Translations under genes and position numbers: made by a program | Assembly (NCBI GenBank): GCA_009859145.1 | Contig: VRVR01000032.1 | Coordinates: 202,795 to 266,794 of the forward strand | DNA length: 64,000 nucleotides | Source of the DNA: Andalucia godoyi And28 | Taxonomy: Eukaryota; Protista; Jakobida | Reading direction: 5' to 3' | Part shown: piece after piece, positions 42,071-53,309 of the stretch | Layout: every line of letters starts with the position of its first letter | Position numbering within the stretch: the first letter of the stretch is position 1 | The notes under the pieces: generated by a model | Database searches by the model: none | What the model saw: the letters and a program-made list of their open reading frames with translations, nothing else | What the model was told of the DNA's origin: nothing

Positions 42071-42420
42071 CAGAATTTCTTTCATTTTTCACTTTTCCCC
42101 CCTTTCTATTATCTCCTGTTTGCTTTTTCCTATCGAGCCCTCAAGAAGCACCTTTCATCAAAGACAAAGACAAAGCATCGCATGGCATCAAAGAGCGGAT
42201 CTTCCCAATAAGCTCAAACCGGCCATGCCAAGAGATACCGAGAACCAAGAAACCCGCTGATCCCCCTCTCGTCGAAGGCCGAGAGCAAGAAGAAGAAGCG
42301 ATGGCCCTTTGATGCAGAGCAATCTGCATTGAAGAGCTGGTGCTCGCCCCCAAATTGGATCTGTCTTTGGAGACAGCTCAGCCGGTGATCAATAGTGATT
42401 TTCATGTTTTGGCGAGCTGC
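42071..42420 (+). repeat. Copy B of the ~350-bp dispersed repeat (copy A at 3023-3370, - strand)
   Basis: See copy A. Contains the hairpin CTTTGATGCAGA-GCAA-TCTGCATTGAAG. Confidence 0.9.
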
Positions 42421-42711
42421 CGTAGCTGTGAAGGGAAAATGCGGATCTTTCCTTTTGCTTCCCCCCCTTTTTTTTGTATTGTGCAACTCAGCTGCGCTAA
42501 CCCTCACGGTTCTGAGTTTGCTACGGGTCACCCTGCAGAACCCGAAATCCGAATGAAGAGCTTGTTTTCTTTCCTCTCTTTGTATTTAAATATATATGTT
42601 ATATGTTATTTATTATATATTGTATATTTGGTGCTTGGCGTACTTTTACCGCGGCTTCCTTTGGGTTTCACATTATCCATTACTTCCGTTCCTCCCACAC
42701 ACGCACATACA

Positions 42712-43845
42712 ATGCACCGCAGCCTGGTTCTTTCTCGGTCTTTTGCGTCTGGAGCGTCGGCTCTGCGAATTACAGTTCCGTCCGCGATTGCGATCCATCG
42801 GCCGGCAAGCATGCCTGCGACAGCTCTTGCGGAGCCGTCGACGACGGTGACGACGTCTCGGGACGAGCTGTTCACGTTCCTTCGCACCATGTCTCTTATT
42901 CGACGCGTGGAGATCGTGTCTGATCAGCAGTACAAGGCTCGTATGATCCGTGGATTTTGCCATTTGTACTCGGGAGAGGAGGCCATCTGCACGGGAATGG
43001 AGGCTGCGCTGGACCAATCGCGCGATGCGATGATCACTGCGTACCGCGATCATGGAAACCACATCGTCCGTGGAGGATCTGCAGAGGAGGTGTTTGCCGA
43101 GCTGTTTGGTCGTGCAACGGGAATGTCCAAGGGTAAGGGAGGCTCCATGCATTTCTACAATGCAAAGAAGCTGTTCTTTGGAGGAAACGGAATTGTTGGT
43201 GCGCAGTGCCCTGTTGGTGCGGGTCTTGCATTCGGTGCACAACGATTGGGAACTGGCGGAGTGAGTGTTTCGTGCTATGGAGATGGAGCCGCCAACCAGG
43301 GGCAGATTTTTGAGGCCATGAACATGGCGGCGCTCTGGAAGCTCCCGGCGATCTTCGTGTGCGAAAACAACCAGTACGGAATGGGAACTTCGACACGCCG
43401 TGGATCCGCCGACGATAACTACTATTCGCGTGGACATTACATTCCGGGAATCAAAGTTGATGGCATGAATGTCTTGGCTGTGAAGGAGGCCACGCGCGTT
43501 GCCCGTGAGTATGCAGTGAACCACGGACCAATTGTCATGGAAATGAGCACGTACAGGTACTCCGGACACTCCATGTCGGATCCTGGTGTGTCTTACCGTA
43601 CCCGCGATGAAGTTCAGAAGGTTCGTGAGGAGCGAGACCCGATCGAAAGACTCAAGGGTATCATGCTGGAGGCAAAGGCTGCAACCGAGGCAGATCTGGA
43701 AGCTGTTGAGAAGGAGATCAAGATTCAGGTCGACGAGGCACTCGCAAAGGCGCTGGCTGCCCCGGAGCCCGAGCCCAGCCAACTGACTGCGGACATTTAT
43801 GTCGGAAAGTACGAGGGAACCATTCGCATGGTCGAGAAGTCCTAA
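42712..43845 (+). CDS. PDHA1: Pyruvate dehydrogenase E1 alpha
   Basis: Presequence, IRGFCHLYSGEEA, GKGGSMHFY, ThDP motif YGDGAANQGQIFEAMNMA and TYRYSGHSMSDPG. Confidence 0.98.
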   Translation: MHRSLVLSRSFASGASALRITVPSAIAIHRPASMPATALAEPSTTVTTSRDELFTFLRTMSLIRRVEIVSDQQYKARMIRGFCHLYSGEEAICTGMEAALDQSRDAMITAYRDHGNHIVRGGSAEEVFAELFGRATGMSKGKGGSMHFYNAKKLFFGGNGIVGAQCPVGAGLAFGAQRLGTGGVSVSCYGDGAANQGQIFEAMNMAALWKLPAIFVCENNQYGMGTSTRRGSADDNYYSRGHYIPGIKVDGMNVLAVKEATRVAREYAVNHGPIVMEMSTYRYSGHSMSDPGVSYRTRDEVQKVREERDPIERLKGIMLEAKAATEADLEAVEKEIKIQVDEALAKALAAPEPEPSQLTADIYVGKYEGTIRMVEKS

Positions 43846-44123
43846 GTATGATCCATGATCCAAGGGGACAATAGCAGAGCAAGAAATTGGCCATGTCCGT
43901 TTCCCTTCCTTCTGCTGGACGTCTTCTTTAACACCGTGATCGTAATTCTATTGTTGCTGTTGTGTGCGTGTTCGTGTGCGTGTGCGTGTGCAGTTCGTTC
44001 GTTCCTTTCCTTTCCTACATGTTATAAAATTTGCAAAACAAGGTTATTTTATTGTGGCTGTAATCGTCGATTCCCCCCTGTCCTTTGGAGCAATCGTCAA
44101 CGTTCAAAAATGTACAAATTTGG

Positions 44124-44936
44124 TCAGCTGTGATATGGCTTTTGCAGGATCTGCGACAGAGGAGGAGGAGCGGCGACAGTTGGAAACGGAGACTGCGCAA
44201 GAGGAGGAGACTGCGCCTGCACTGTTGCATGTGAGTGTGAGTGTGAGTGTGGATGTGAATGCGAGTGCATGCCCGGAGCGAGTGGATGGTGGTGATGCGC
44301 ATGAAGTGCACCAACCGCCGATGCGGATTCCAGAGCCGACATTCTGGAGCCGAGTTCGCTAACCAGCTTCGCAAGTGCCAATCGCTCGGATCGCTCCGCA
44401 GCCAAGTCCTGCTGCAGCCGGCCGATTTCTCGGAAGAGCGCCGATGCCATGTGGTAGTCGTCTGTCGAGGTGTCCAGCGACAGTCCCATCGACGAACCCG
44501 TCTGGGCGAGTTCTGGAACAGCATAGTGCAGATTCCCCACAGACGAAGAGAGCGACGAGGACAAGCTGGAAGACACAAACCCACCAGAGGATGACGTGGT
44601 CGACGTGGACGGCTTTGCAGTCAGCAGCGCGCTGGGACTTGATGAAGGGTAGTTTGACGGAGGAAGCGTCTGCGAAAGCGCAAGATCGATCATCGACTGG
44701 ACTTGCGACTCGGATGGCAGAAGCTGCTGTTCAGAGCCGTCGTAGCTACTGCTGCTGGACGTCCCCGAAAACAAGCTATGATCCGTCGAAAAGTGAGGTG
44801 TAGAAAACGCGTACGAAGGAAGCGGAGGCTGTGGCGGAAATGCGCGACCAAATGGCGCACCGTTATGATTCACGCCACCTTGGCCAGTCGACCGTCGATC
44901 CCGCGTAATCTCGGAATTGTCAATCGAGTAGGACAT
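44124..44936 (-). CDS. Low-complexity protein with a short coiled coil
   Basis: 270-aa ATG ORF, Ser-rich, with LFREIGRLQQDLAAERSERLALAKLVSELGSRM and an HS repeat. Confidence 0.6.
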   Translation of the reverse strand: MSYSIDNSEITRDRRSTGQGGVNHNGAPFGRAFPPQPPLPSYAFSTPHFSTDHSLFSGTSSSSSYDGSEQQLLPSESQVQSMIDLALSQTLPPSNYPSSSPSALLTAKPSTSTTSSSGGFVSSSLSSSLSSSVGNLHYAVPELAQTGSSMGLSLDTSTDDYHMASALFREIGRLQQDLAAERSERLALAKLVSELGSRMSALESASAVGALHAHHHHPLAPGMHSHSHPHSHSHSHATVQAQSPPLAQSPFPTVAAPPPLSQILQKPYHS

Positions 44937-45603
44937 GGGAAATGGAAGAAACCCAAGAAATCGATATGCACTCCCAATCTCTCACTCCCTCGCGATCAAA
45001 ACGATTCCAAATAATAAAGAGGAATTAATTCATTAATTAATTAAATAATTATAATATTTACATAAAAGCCAGAATTTTCAAATGTAGACTGCTGCTTCCC
45101 AACAAGGAAACCATCACCAAATCAAAAAAACACGGCCATTTTCCGTCGACGATTGTCGACAACAGTTTCTTGCTGCTTTTTTCATAATACTCTGTTGAAG
45201 GCGATCGACACTCTGGATGCAAGCAGCTTGGGCTCTGCTTTGGAGAGGATTTTAAGGACCTTTTGAGAAATGGGGAGAGGCTCTTTGCAGCGGTGCTCAG
45301 ACCACTCCGAGCGTCCGTTGAGATTGAGGGGAGGAGGAAAACCTTTTTTTTGAAACGAGCCTGAAGCCAAACCAATGGGAACCGAAACTGCGCCTTTTCT
45401 TTTTCTTTTTCATCATCATTCAGCAATTTTCTGTCCAAAAAAACCCCCCCAAAAAACCGCAAAAAAACACAACAAAACAATCATCAAACGTTTCTTTCTT
45501 CTTCTTTTCTTGCTTTCCGGGGGTTGGTGGCTGCATTATTTGACGTTTCGTTTCTCTCTCGCGTGAAGAGAGATTTGTTGGTTGGGGACGCAAAGACTGG
45601 CAG

Positions 45604-48600
45604 ATGTCGGCGACTCCTATACTTGACCGCTTAGACACGGTGAATGTTCCTTTTTTTCTAGCGCTTGCGAAGCCGCTGATCAATGCTTCGACGGGGCTGG
45701 TCGAGGATAGTCCGTCTGCATTGTATGTGCCGTACACTGTATTGTATGAGCACCACTTCCCGATATCTGTGTATGCGAGGGAAAATGCAAATTCCGAGGC
45801 AGTTTCTCTTAGTGGGAAGGACATTGATCAACGAGCGATATTCACCGCAATGACGGCGGACGCCGATGACCGGTGCCCGATTGTCGCTGTGTTTCTGTCC
45901 AGCTCGTCCGAGGACGAGGCTTCAAAGCCGTCTCTGCATGTAGAGTATTTTTCAGCGTCGTCGCTAAAGGATTTTATGTTCAACCGAAAGACGAAGGGCT
46001 CTGGATCTGGGCTGTTGCAGCGGTTCATTCTGCCTCGAGGAGATCACAACACGATGATACAGCTTGTATGGACGCCTCATATGAATCTTGTTGAACAGAG
46101 AAAAAATCATCATGTAATTTTTGTTCCAAAGGATGAAATGACGAGGACCAGGAACCGGCATATACCGATGGCAGAACGAGCGGCAACGTTTGACGGTCCA
46201 ACGTATCTCTCCGAGCCAGTGATTTGTGCAGACTCGGTCAAAGCACAAGCAGCAAGCCTGATGTCGTTCATCGTGGACCATGTGGAGCGCGTCTGTGGGG
46301 TGACCATCAAGAGAGTCGTCACGCAGTGGAAGCTGTCGAGCAAGAACAAATTGCATTTCCTGTGGTGCTCGTCGTTTCATGCGACACGAGGTTCAAAGCC
46401 AACGGTTCACAGTTCACAAGAATATAAGGGAGTGTCGCTTCAGCTTGTTCCGCCGGATGAATTGGCCGCAACAGCTGGGTCATCTTCGGCCATCTCTCCC
46501 AAACCCGTTCGAAAAGCCACACAGCCTACAGCCAAGCACGGTGCCCATGTCGGCCATGCCGCACCGTCGAATTCTGAATGGTTCTGCGCGGAGTGCTCTG
46601 GTACTGTGCGCTCCTCGGACGTCTTTTTCCTCAACCTCGAGCTGGCTCTGCAGGCATACAACATGTCGGCGCGTAAGATTTGGAATAAGAAGCGCAAGCA
46701 AAGATCTCGAGATGGATATGTATCAATGAGCGATTTTGATGAAGACGACGACGATTTTTGTGCCCAGCCCGCCCAGCCTGCCACACTGTCTCGATCCAGC
46801 AGTCGTCCGCAGATTTCTTTGGATACCACTGCTGCGGTGAACAGCAGAGAAAACAGTATGCATTCTCCTCGTGGAGGATACATCCCATTGTCACCGACAG
46901 CTGATGGCACGCAAAATTCCTCTGGCCGTGCGGCTTCTCCTAATGCAGGAAATGGGCATCCACCTGCAGCAGCAGCAGCTCCTCCTCCTTCTTCTTCTTC
47001 TTCTCATCAATCCAGTGCCTCCATCGACAGTCCGGGGGCTCTGACTCCTGCGTCTGCAAACACGCCGTCCAATGCATCGTCTTCTGTCCCCCCACCAATT
47101 CGCGTGCACTTCGCTTCTGTCCAGGAGAAGATCGACTGCCTTGCACTGGTGCAAGATGCCCTGTATGAAGTGTATTCCAGTTTCTCGACGGCAGCGTCTT
47201 CCGAGGGATCCTGGGCGGACTATCCGCCTGCCAAAGTGTCCGCTCGGCATTGGAAAGGCACCAAGGAGAATCCAGATGTGTTCGTAGTGGAGGAGCTTGA
47301 TTTTGACGGGAAGGCGGTTTGTTTTTCTTTTCCAGACGGCTTGCGGGAAGTTAGCGACAAGATCCATCGTTTCGGCATGCGGCACAATCTCGAGGAGTGG
47401 AGCGTGAGAATGTCGGATGCACCCAAGCGTGTGGTGTTCGTCGCGTCTTCTCGGGACGTTTCCATGTTTACCACAATTACAGCCGAGAATGCAGAGTCCA
47501 ACGTATCGAAGAAGATCCTTGTGGCTCGTTGTTCAAAGATTCCCGTGCGCCGATTGCAGATGATTCTGGAGGAACTTCGAGAGTACATCCGCCAATGGGT
47601 CGAGGATTATTCTGTGTGCCCAAACGAGCCTCCGGTGACCGCCGTCTCTCCCAAGTCGCGTACCCGAAGAAGCGGTTCGACTGCGCATCGTCGCACAGGT
47701 TCTCGTGTGAATCCGGATCCCGATCAGGAGATCACAAGACGTGCTCGAGAACGCCGAAAGCAGGAGCTCCTCAGTCACAGAAGTCACACGTCGACTGCGG
47801 AGAATGGCAATATCGATAGTGCCCGCTCGAATCGGATGCAAGTGAACACGGAGAGAAGTGTTCCTCCAGAAGATCCGGGGTCTCCAGTCAATTATTTCAG
47901 CTCCGCCGCACCGACGGACGTGTCGGTGTCCGTCACGGTAGACGACACTGGTATTCCAAAGAAGATTCTTCACTTCGCACCTCTTTTGGAAAAAAAAATG
48001 CCAGAGGCCTTCCTGAGACTTGACGAAAACCGTTTGAAGTTGACAGATGTGCGCGTGCTGTTGGACGATCTTGTCAAGTGCGGTCCACTGGTGCATACTT
48101 CGATTCAAGAAATTGTATCGCGAGAAGTCGCAAAGGGTTCCATGCCTGTTGCGGATGTCAGTGCCGCAAGCGATCGTTCCGAAGTTTCAGCTGCGCAAGT
48201 AGCCCATGATGCTGATGTGGAGGAAGCGAGGCGGAAGCTCCGCATTCCAATGTGTGCGAATTGTTACGTTGCAGCCACGGAGCCGTTTCATGATGTGTCA
48301 AACACAAGTGCAATTATTGCGAAGCTTCTTCCGTCAATTCAAAGATCGACGAGTCCATCCGGTACTCGCAGACCATATTCTGGATCGACCCGCAGCGGGG
48401 AACGAACCTTGTTTCTTTCGTCGTCCTTGAGCAGACCGTCCACTGCAATGTCATCGCACCCATCGACGACGTATTCCACGAAGCCAAACAGCAGAGCGAC
48501 GAGTCCAGGATCAAAGTCTTCACCTGGGACTCGCCCTGCGACGGCGCAGTCGATCCGGCATACTTCTCCGAAGGGCTCCAACGACGGGGGGTCGCATCTC

Positions 48601-48780
48601 GCTTCCAGACGTGAACGGCCGCAGTCCTCCGCGGCTCCTCGATCTGGAGGCCCCCACTTTGCAAAGTCCTCTGCTTCAAGCAATCCGTTGGGCAAGCCGG
48701 TCCAGCGTCCTCCCAGTGCCCAGTATCGACAAATAAGTCATCAATACAGAGAATGGCCACACAGTCCCAACCAGTCTTAA
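45604..48780 (+). CDS. Uncharacterised 1058-aa protein with an ordered N-terminal domain
   Basis: Long ORF. The block LLQRFILPRGDHNTMIQLVWTP...ERAATFDGP looks like a conserved globular domain; no name assigned. Confidence 0.85.
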   Translation: MSATPILDRLDTVNVPFFLALAKPLINASTGLVEDSPSALYVPYTVLYEHHFPISVYARENANSEAVSLSGKDIDQRAIFTAMTADADDRCPIVAVFLSSSSEDEASKPSLHVEYFSASSLKDFMFNRKTKGSGSGLLQRFILPRGDHNTMIQLVWTPHMNLVEQRKNHHVIFVPKDEMTRTRNRHIPMAERAATFDGPTYLSEPVICADSVKAQAASLMSFIVDHVERVCGVTIKRVVTQWKLSSKNKLHFLWCSSFHATRGSKPTVHSSQEYKGVSLQLVPPDELAATAGSSSAISPKPVRKATQPTAKHGAHVGHAAPSNSEWFCAECSGTVRSSDVFFLNLELALQAYNMSARKIWNKKRKQRSRDGYVSMSDFDEDDDDFCAQPAQPATLSRSSSRPQISLDTTAAVNSRENSMHSPRGGYIPLSPTADGTQNSSGRAASPNAGNGHPPAAAAAPPPSSSSSHQSSASIDSPGALTPASANTPSNASSSVPPPIRVHFASVQEKIDCLALVQDALYEVYSSFSTAASSEGSWADYPPAKVSARHWKGTKENPDVFVVEELDFDGKAVCFSFPDGLREVSDKIHRFGMRHNLEEWSVRMSDAPKRVVFVASSRDVSMFTTITAENAESNVSKKILVARCSKIPVRRLQMILEELREYIRQWVEDYSVCPNEPPVTAVSPKSRTRRSGSTAHRRTGSRVNPDPDQEITRRARERRKQELLSHRSHTSTAENGNIDSARSNRMQVNTERSVPPEDPGSPVNYFSSAAPTDVSVSVTVDDTGIPKKILHFAPLLEKKMPEAFLRLDENRLKLTDVRVLLDDLVKCGPLVHTSIQEIVSREVAKGSMPVADVSAASDRSEVSAAQVAHDADVEEARRKLRIPMCANCYVAATEPFHDVSNTSAIIAKLLPSIQRSTSPSGTRRPYSGSTRSGERTLFLSSSLSRPSTAMSSHPSTTYSTKPNSRATSPGSKSSPGTRPATAQSIRHTSPKGSNDGGSHLASRRERPQSSAAPRSGGPHFAKSSASSNPLGKPVQRPPSAQYRQISHQYREWPHSPNQS

Positions 48781-48923
48781 GCGCGATATCATGCATCGAG
48801 TGCTCCGCTGTGGTGGTGGTTTCTTTTTCCCCCCCCTCTTCTTTTTTCGTGTGTTTGTTTGTGTATGTGTGCGTATGGGTGGGCGAGTGTTTTCCTTCTT
48901 GCAGCTCGATTTTTCTTGCAGAG

Positions 48924-50036
48924 CTAATTGTTTACTGACATGCACTGGTCTGCAAAGGGATTTCCGCCCTTCTTCTTCAGTTCCGCGATGCGAGCCGTCT
49001 CGGCAACCACCCGTGGGTTCATTACGTAGAAATAAACGGGGGGGAAAAGAGAAGCAAGTACCATTCCAGCATAGCCAGTAGGCAACTGTGGTGAGTTTTT
49101 CCAAGATCTGAGGGATTGATAACGGCGACCCGCAAACGCATGGTGATCAGAATGCCGCTGCAGTTTCAGAAGGAACATGTTGGTGACCCGCTCGCCAGCG
49201 TTCCATGAGTGAAATGGCGTGACCTGCTCCGACGGATCCCGACTCAGGCCGTAATGCTCAATGTAGTTCACCAGCTCCAGCAGGGTGAATGCAACGACGC
49301 CCTGCCACACATAAAATTCCATGGATGCCGGAAACACAGAAGTCACGAGAAGCATGAGAAGCACAGTCGCACCCCATAATCCAAGTGTAAGACCGGGCTT
49401 GAGCCTCACTGCGGATGCCAGAGAGCCCGTCACAGTACGCGGCCAGAAAGCATAGAATGACTCACCAAACCGAGCAGATGCAGCGTCCTCCAATGTGGCC
49501 ACTCGTTTGTGATGACCCCACAGATGCTCCACGTAAAAGTGCGGGTACAAAGTGATCATCAGCAGAAGTTGGCCAAGGGCGCGTTCGTACCAATTGGATT
49601 TGTGGATGAGCTCGTGCGCACAGTTGATTCCGAGACCACCCACGATTCCAACTCCGAGGATGAGCCCGACATAAGCGTACTTGCTCATCGCCTCCCCACT
49701 CGCGTCTGCGCTGGCGTTGGCTTGACTTACCAATTGACAGGCCCAGAGCAAGAGTGCAAAGTGACAGGGAACCCACATAAACGTCACGACCCGAAACGAC
49801 GCTTTCTTTTCCAACACCCGCGTTTCTTCCAATGACGGGTTAAAGTCATCCGTCCCCACGACCACGTCGAGAATCGGAATCAGTCCAAACACGAAAAACA
49901 GTGTAAAATACGAAATGCTCCAATGGTAGTCCAGCACGACCATAGGAAACAGAATAAAGCTTGCATAGTACGGCCAAGCAGTTGGAAGCGGCCGCTTGAA
50001 ACCAGGGCTATCTCCTTGATTCTCGGAAGCGCCCAT
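48924..50036 (-). CDS. alkB: Alkane 1-monooxygenase (AlkB-type membrane di-iron enzyme)
   Basis: His boxes HELIHK, EHLWGHH, NYIEHYG and LQRHSDHHA, plus PQLPTGYAGM. First ATG at 50036. Confidence 0.93.
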   Translation of the reverse strand: MGASENQGDSPGFKRPLPTAWPYYASFILFPMVVLDYHWSISYFTLFFVFGLIPILDVVVGTDDFNPSLEETRVLEKKASFRVVTFMWVPCHFALLLWACQLVSQANASADASGEAMSKYAYVGLILGVGIVGGLGINCAHELIHKSNWYERALGQLLLMITLYPHFYVEHLWGHHKRVATLEDAASARFGESFYAFWPRTVTGSLASAVRLKPGLTLGLWGATVLLMLLVTSVFPASMEFYVWQGVVAFTLLELVNYIEHYGLSRDPSEQVTPFHSWNAGERVTNMFLLKLQRHSDHHAFAGRRYQSLRSWKNSPQLPTGYAGMVLASLFPPVYFYVMNPRVVAETARIAELKKKGGNPFADQCMSVNN

Positions 50037-50585
50037 CCTTTTTGTTATCCAGACTGTCGTCCGTTTTTTTTTTCTTCTTATGGCGCAGCCTTGGCAATCG
50101 GTTTCTGAGATAAAGCCCCGTTCTCCAAGTGTTCTTATATAAAATAAAGGATTTGCGTCGAAGCTGAACCAAGAGGCGTTTGACAGCTGTCGAACTTTCC
50201 TCCCGAAATGGCGAAATCCCGATGGGCAAAAATCCCGATGGCGAAAGATCCCAGAAGAGGCGGGCAGTGGGCCCCAAGTTGCTGTCTTTTGTTTCGCCAA
50301 GAGAGTCCATCATCATGAACCGAGCGAAAGCGTAACGTTGCGGTCAGAGGCGTTTTATTTCTCCTTTCTTCCTCTCTCAACAGAATTCAGACCTGTGTAT
50401 TTAATTTTATTTATTTATTTTTGTATGGAATAGCACTACGCAATTGGATGCTTGATGTTTGTGTAGCGCCGCAGCAGCGAATCGGATCGGATCGTTAAAG
50501 GTAATCGCCCCCTCCAAACCCCCCCCCCCCCCCCCAAACAGGAAAAAATAAGAAGAAAGGGAAAAAAAGAAAGGGAAAATCAAAA

Positions 50586-53309
50586 ATGAAATTTGCTCGT
50601 CTGCTTGCGGACTCGATGGTTCCGGAATGGCGGACGCAGTACATGGACTATAAACAACTGAAAAAGGCGATCAAGCGTTGCTTGGTACAGCAGGATGAGG
50701 CGTATCGTGCACAGTGGACGTCGCAGTCGGATAGGTTTCTTCTCCAAGATGATGTGTTGCACAAGTTGAATCCAGCAACTGCGCTTGTCATTAAGAATGC
50801 AATGAGACAATCCGGCTCGCTTTCGTCGATTCCAGAAGCGGCCAAGCGAGACGCTCTTCACCAGCTGCTCGCATTTGGGGACGGTCTGGAGGTCGATCGA
50901 AAAATAGACGATGACTTTCAAAGTCTTTTGGAGGTCCAGTATGCCAAAGTGCAAGCATTCTACGCGTCGCAATTATCCGTATGCGAAAAGCGAATCCGAG
51001 TCATCGAGAAATCCATGATTGCGCTGGCGAGTGCCGCGCAGAAGCCGTCAACCAGGAAGGTTTCTCAGTTGCGGATTGCGTGTCTCGAGTACTATCGCGG
51101 CTTGCAGATGTTGAGAAATTTCGGAGTCGTCAATTTCACGGGGTTTATCAAGATTCTCAAGAAGTTCGACAAGTACTTGCACCACCATCTGTCTCCAATT
51201 TGGAAAGGTCGACTGGAAAATGCACCGTTCAGGCAACTCAAAGAAGTCGATTCCATGATTGAGGAGCTGAAAGAACTGTATGCGATTCACTTTGAAAACG
51301 GCAACAAGAAGCGCGCTGCAGATGCACTCCGTGTCTCTCACAACCTCTTGAGTCCAATTTTCCGCGGCGAAAATCCTGGAGTGTCCTTGTTCATGTTTGG
51401 AGTGTACGTTGGTGTCTCGATCATCCTGCTTTCCATACTTTTTGAAGATCTCATCGTGAAGTACCCTTGGGAAAGTCCGCCCTCCCACGCAGTGTGGACA
51501 TTCAACATCTATCGTGGACTGGGAATGCTGTTGGGTCTTGGAATTGCCGGAGCATGGGGAACGTACGTGTGGACAGAGTATCAGATCAACTATGTGTTCA
51601 TTTTTGATCTGGATGCCCGAGACCATCTGAACACATCACAGTATTTTGAGATTTTCTTTTTTCTTACCGCATTATTTTTAGTGTCCATTGTGGTATTTGT
51701 CAAGACAATTATATGGGAGCATTCAAATGACGCACTCGCCTTGGTTCCTTCCTGGGTGCAGCCCGCGATTCTAGCAGGGGTGCTGTTTCTGTTTTTGTTT
51801 ACTCCAGCGAAAGGACGGTTTATTTGGTGGAGCTCGCGGAGGTGGATGCTGTCCACAGTTGGGCGAATAGTTTGCGCACCGTTTATTGCAGTCGCGTTTC
51901 GTGACTTTTTCATTGCAGATCAGCTGACGTCCATTACATACTTCCTGACGGATGCGCAGTACGCCTTGTGCGTCCTGCAGGGGTCTCCCGACGCTGATGG
52001 AAACGGGCTCTGTTCCGGTTCGCAGAATTACATTCCTATTTACATCGTCTCTGCTCTCCCATCGTGGTGGCGATTGATGCAATGTCTCCGACGCTACCGG
52101 GATTCCAAGGTAATGCATCCTCATTTGACTAACGCCATCAAGTACTGCTCGACAATTATAACGATCTTCTTTGCGGCGTTGGACAGCTATCTTAGTCCCG
52201 CGGATGCGCGGGTGTTTACACCTGTTCGCATCTGTTGGATCATTTCCAACTTGTTTTCTACGTCCATCAAGCTCTATTGGGACTATTGGTGGGATTGGTC
52301 TCTTTTCCCTTGGAAATCCTTGGAAAATCGCAAATTTGCAAAAATTCGCGGCTTCTACGTGTTCATGATTGTAGAAAATTTTATTTTACGCTTTCTCTGG
52401 CTTGCGACGTTTACAATGCGGTTAGGCGCTGTGTACGTTGCTAACTGGGTTGTTGTTCTTGGATTCTGCGAGGTCATTCGACGCGGATTGTGGAATATTG
52501 TGCGAGTTGAAAATGAGCATGTGAACAATGCTGAGCAGTTTCGAGCGGTCAAGGACATCCCGGTTCCATTCATTCAAGATATTGATGGAAATTCGAATGT
52601 TCTGGCAGCGGTCGACAATCTGGACAATGTCGATGCATCCTCTGACCAAACAGATGTCGAACGTCAGAGTTCCCCTCCACGAGGGTTCGTGTCGGCCGTT
52701 CTTGCAGTGCCGGAGGTAGCTGCGGGGGGCCCCACGGCGCTCAAGTCAAACTCCGGGCCGCAGCGCACCTCGTTGAATTCCACGGAAACTCCGCGGAGTT
52801 CCTCCATGCGATTTCGATTTTCAAACAATGGAAGCCGTTTACCAAGCCCCAATCTTTCTATCCATGTTGATGGTGACATGTATAGGAGTGCAAACTCGGA
52901 ATGGAACTCCGCGTTTGTGCAGGTTACCAACGGCGACGTTGCAGAGTCGAGGGATGCATCGACATGCGTGCCTGTGGACTCCGCCGTCCTGTCGACAGAG
53001 ACGGCCAGCAAAGATCTGAGCTTGGTGCAGCATGCCCCAGACACCCAACGCATTGCTCACTCGGCGTCTGCCCCAGCCAGTGGAGCGTTCCATGTTCATG
53101 AGCAGCCCGTCAAGATTTCTGCGGAAAGGCCCCATATCTCTCCTATTCCGTCGTACGCGGCGACAACAGCAAGCCGTCATTCGCACTCTCCGAAGTCCTG
53201 CAGAATGGCTTCCACCTCTTCAGAGCATCCGGCAGACGCCACAGCTTTCCGGTCTGCTCCGGAAATATCATCCCCGCCCATTTCACCAAGTGCAGTGAAC
53301 ATGCAGTGA
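50586..53309 (+). CDS. XPR1: SPX-EXS phosphate exporter (XPR1/SYG1/PHO1 family)
   Basis: MKFA...VPEWRTQYMDYKQLKK, VNFTGFIKILKKFDK, FRDFFIADQLTS and RRGLWNIVRVENEHVNN. Confidence 0.96.
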   Translation: MKFARLLADSMVPEWRTQYMDYKQLKKAIKRCLVQQDEAYRAQWTSQSDRFLLQDDVLHKLNPATALVIKNAMRQSGSLSSIPEAAKRDALHQLLAFGDGLEVDRKIDDDFQSLLEVQYAKVQAFYASQLSVCEKRIRVIEKSMIALASAAQKPSTRKVSQLRIACLEYYRGLQMLRNFGVVNFTGFIKILKKFDKYLHHHLSPIWKGRLENAPFRQLKEVDSMIEELKELYAIHFENGNKKRAADALRVSHNLLSPIFRGENPGVSLFMFGVYVGVSIILLSILFEDLIVKYPWESPPSHAVWTFNIYRGLGMLLGLGIAGAWGTYVWTEYQINYVFIFDLDARDHLNTSQYFEIFFFLTALFLVSIVVFVKTIIWEHSNDALALVPSWVQPAILAGVLFLFLFTPAKGRFIWWSSRRWMLSTVGRIVCAPFIAVAFRDFFIADQLTSITYFLTDAQYALCVLQGSPDADGNGLCSGSQNYIPIYIVSALPSWWRLMQCLRRYRDSKVMHPHLTNAIKYCSTIITIFFAALDSYLSPADARVFTPVRICWIISNLFSTSIKLYWDYWWDWSLFPWKSLENRKFAKIRGFYVFMIVENFILRFLWLATFTMRLGAVYVANWVVVLGFCEVIRRGLWNIVRVENEHVNNAEQFRAVKDIPVPFIQDIDGNSNVLAAVDNLDNVDASSDQTDVERQSSPPRGFVSAVLAVPEVAAGGPTALKSNSGPQRTSLNSTETPRSSSMRFRFSNNGSRLPSPNLSIHVDGDMYRSANSEWNSAFVQVTNGDVAESRDASTCVPVDSAVLSTETASKDLSLVQHAPDTQRIAHSASAPASGAFHVHEQPVKISAERPHISPIPSYAATTASRHSHSPKSCRMASTSSEHPADATAFRSAPEISSPPISPSAVNMQ

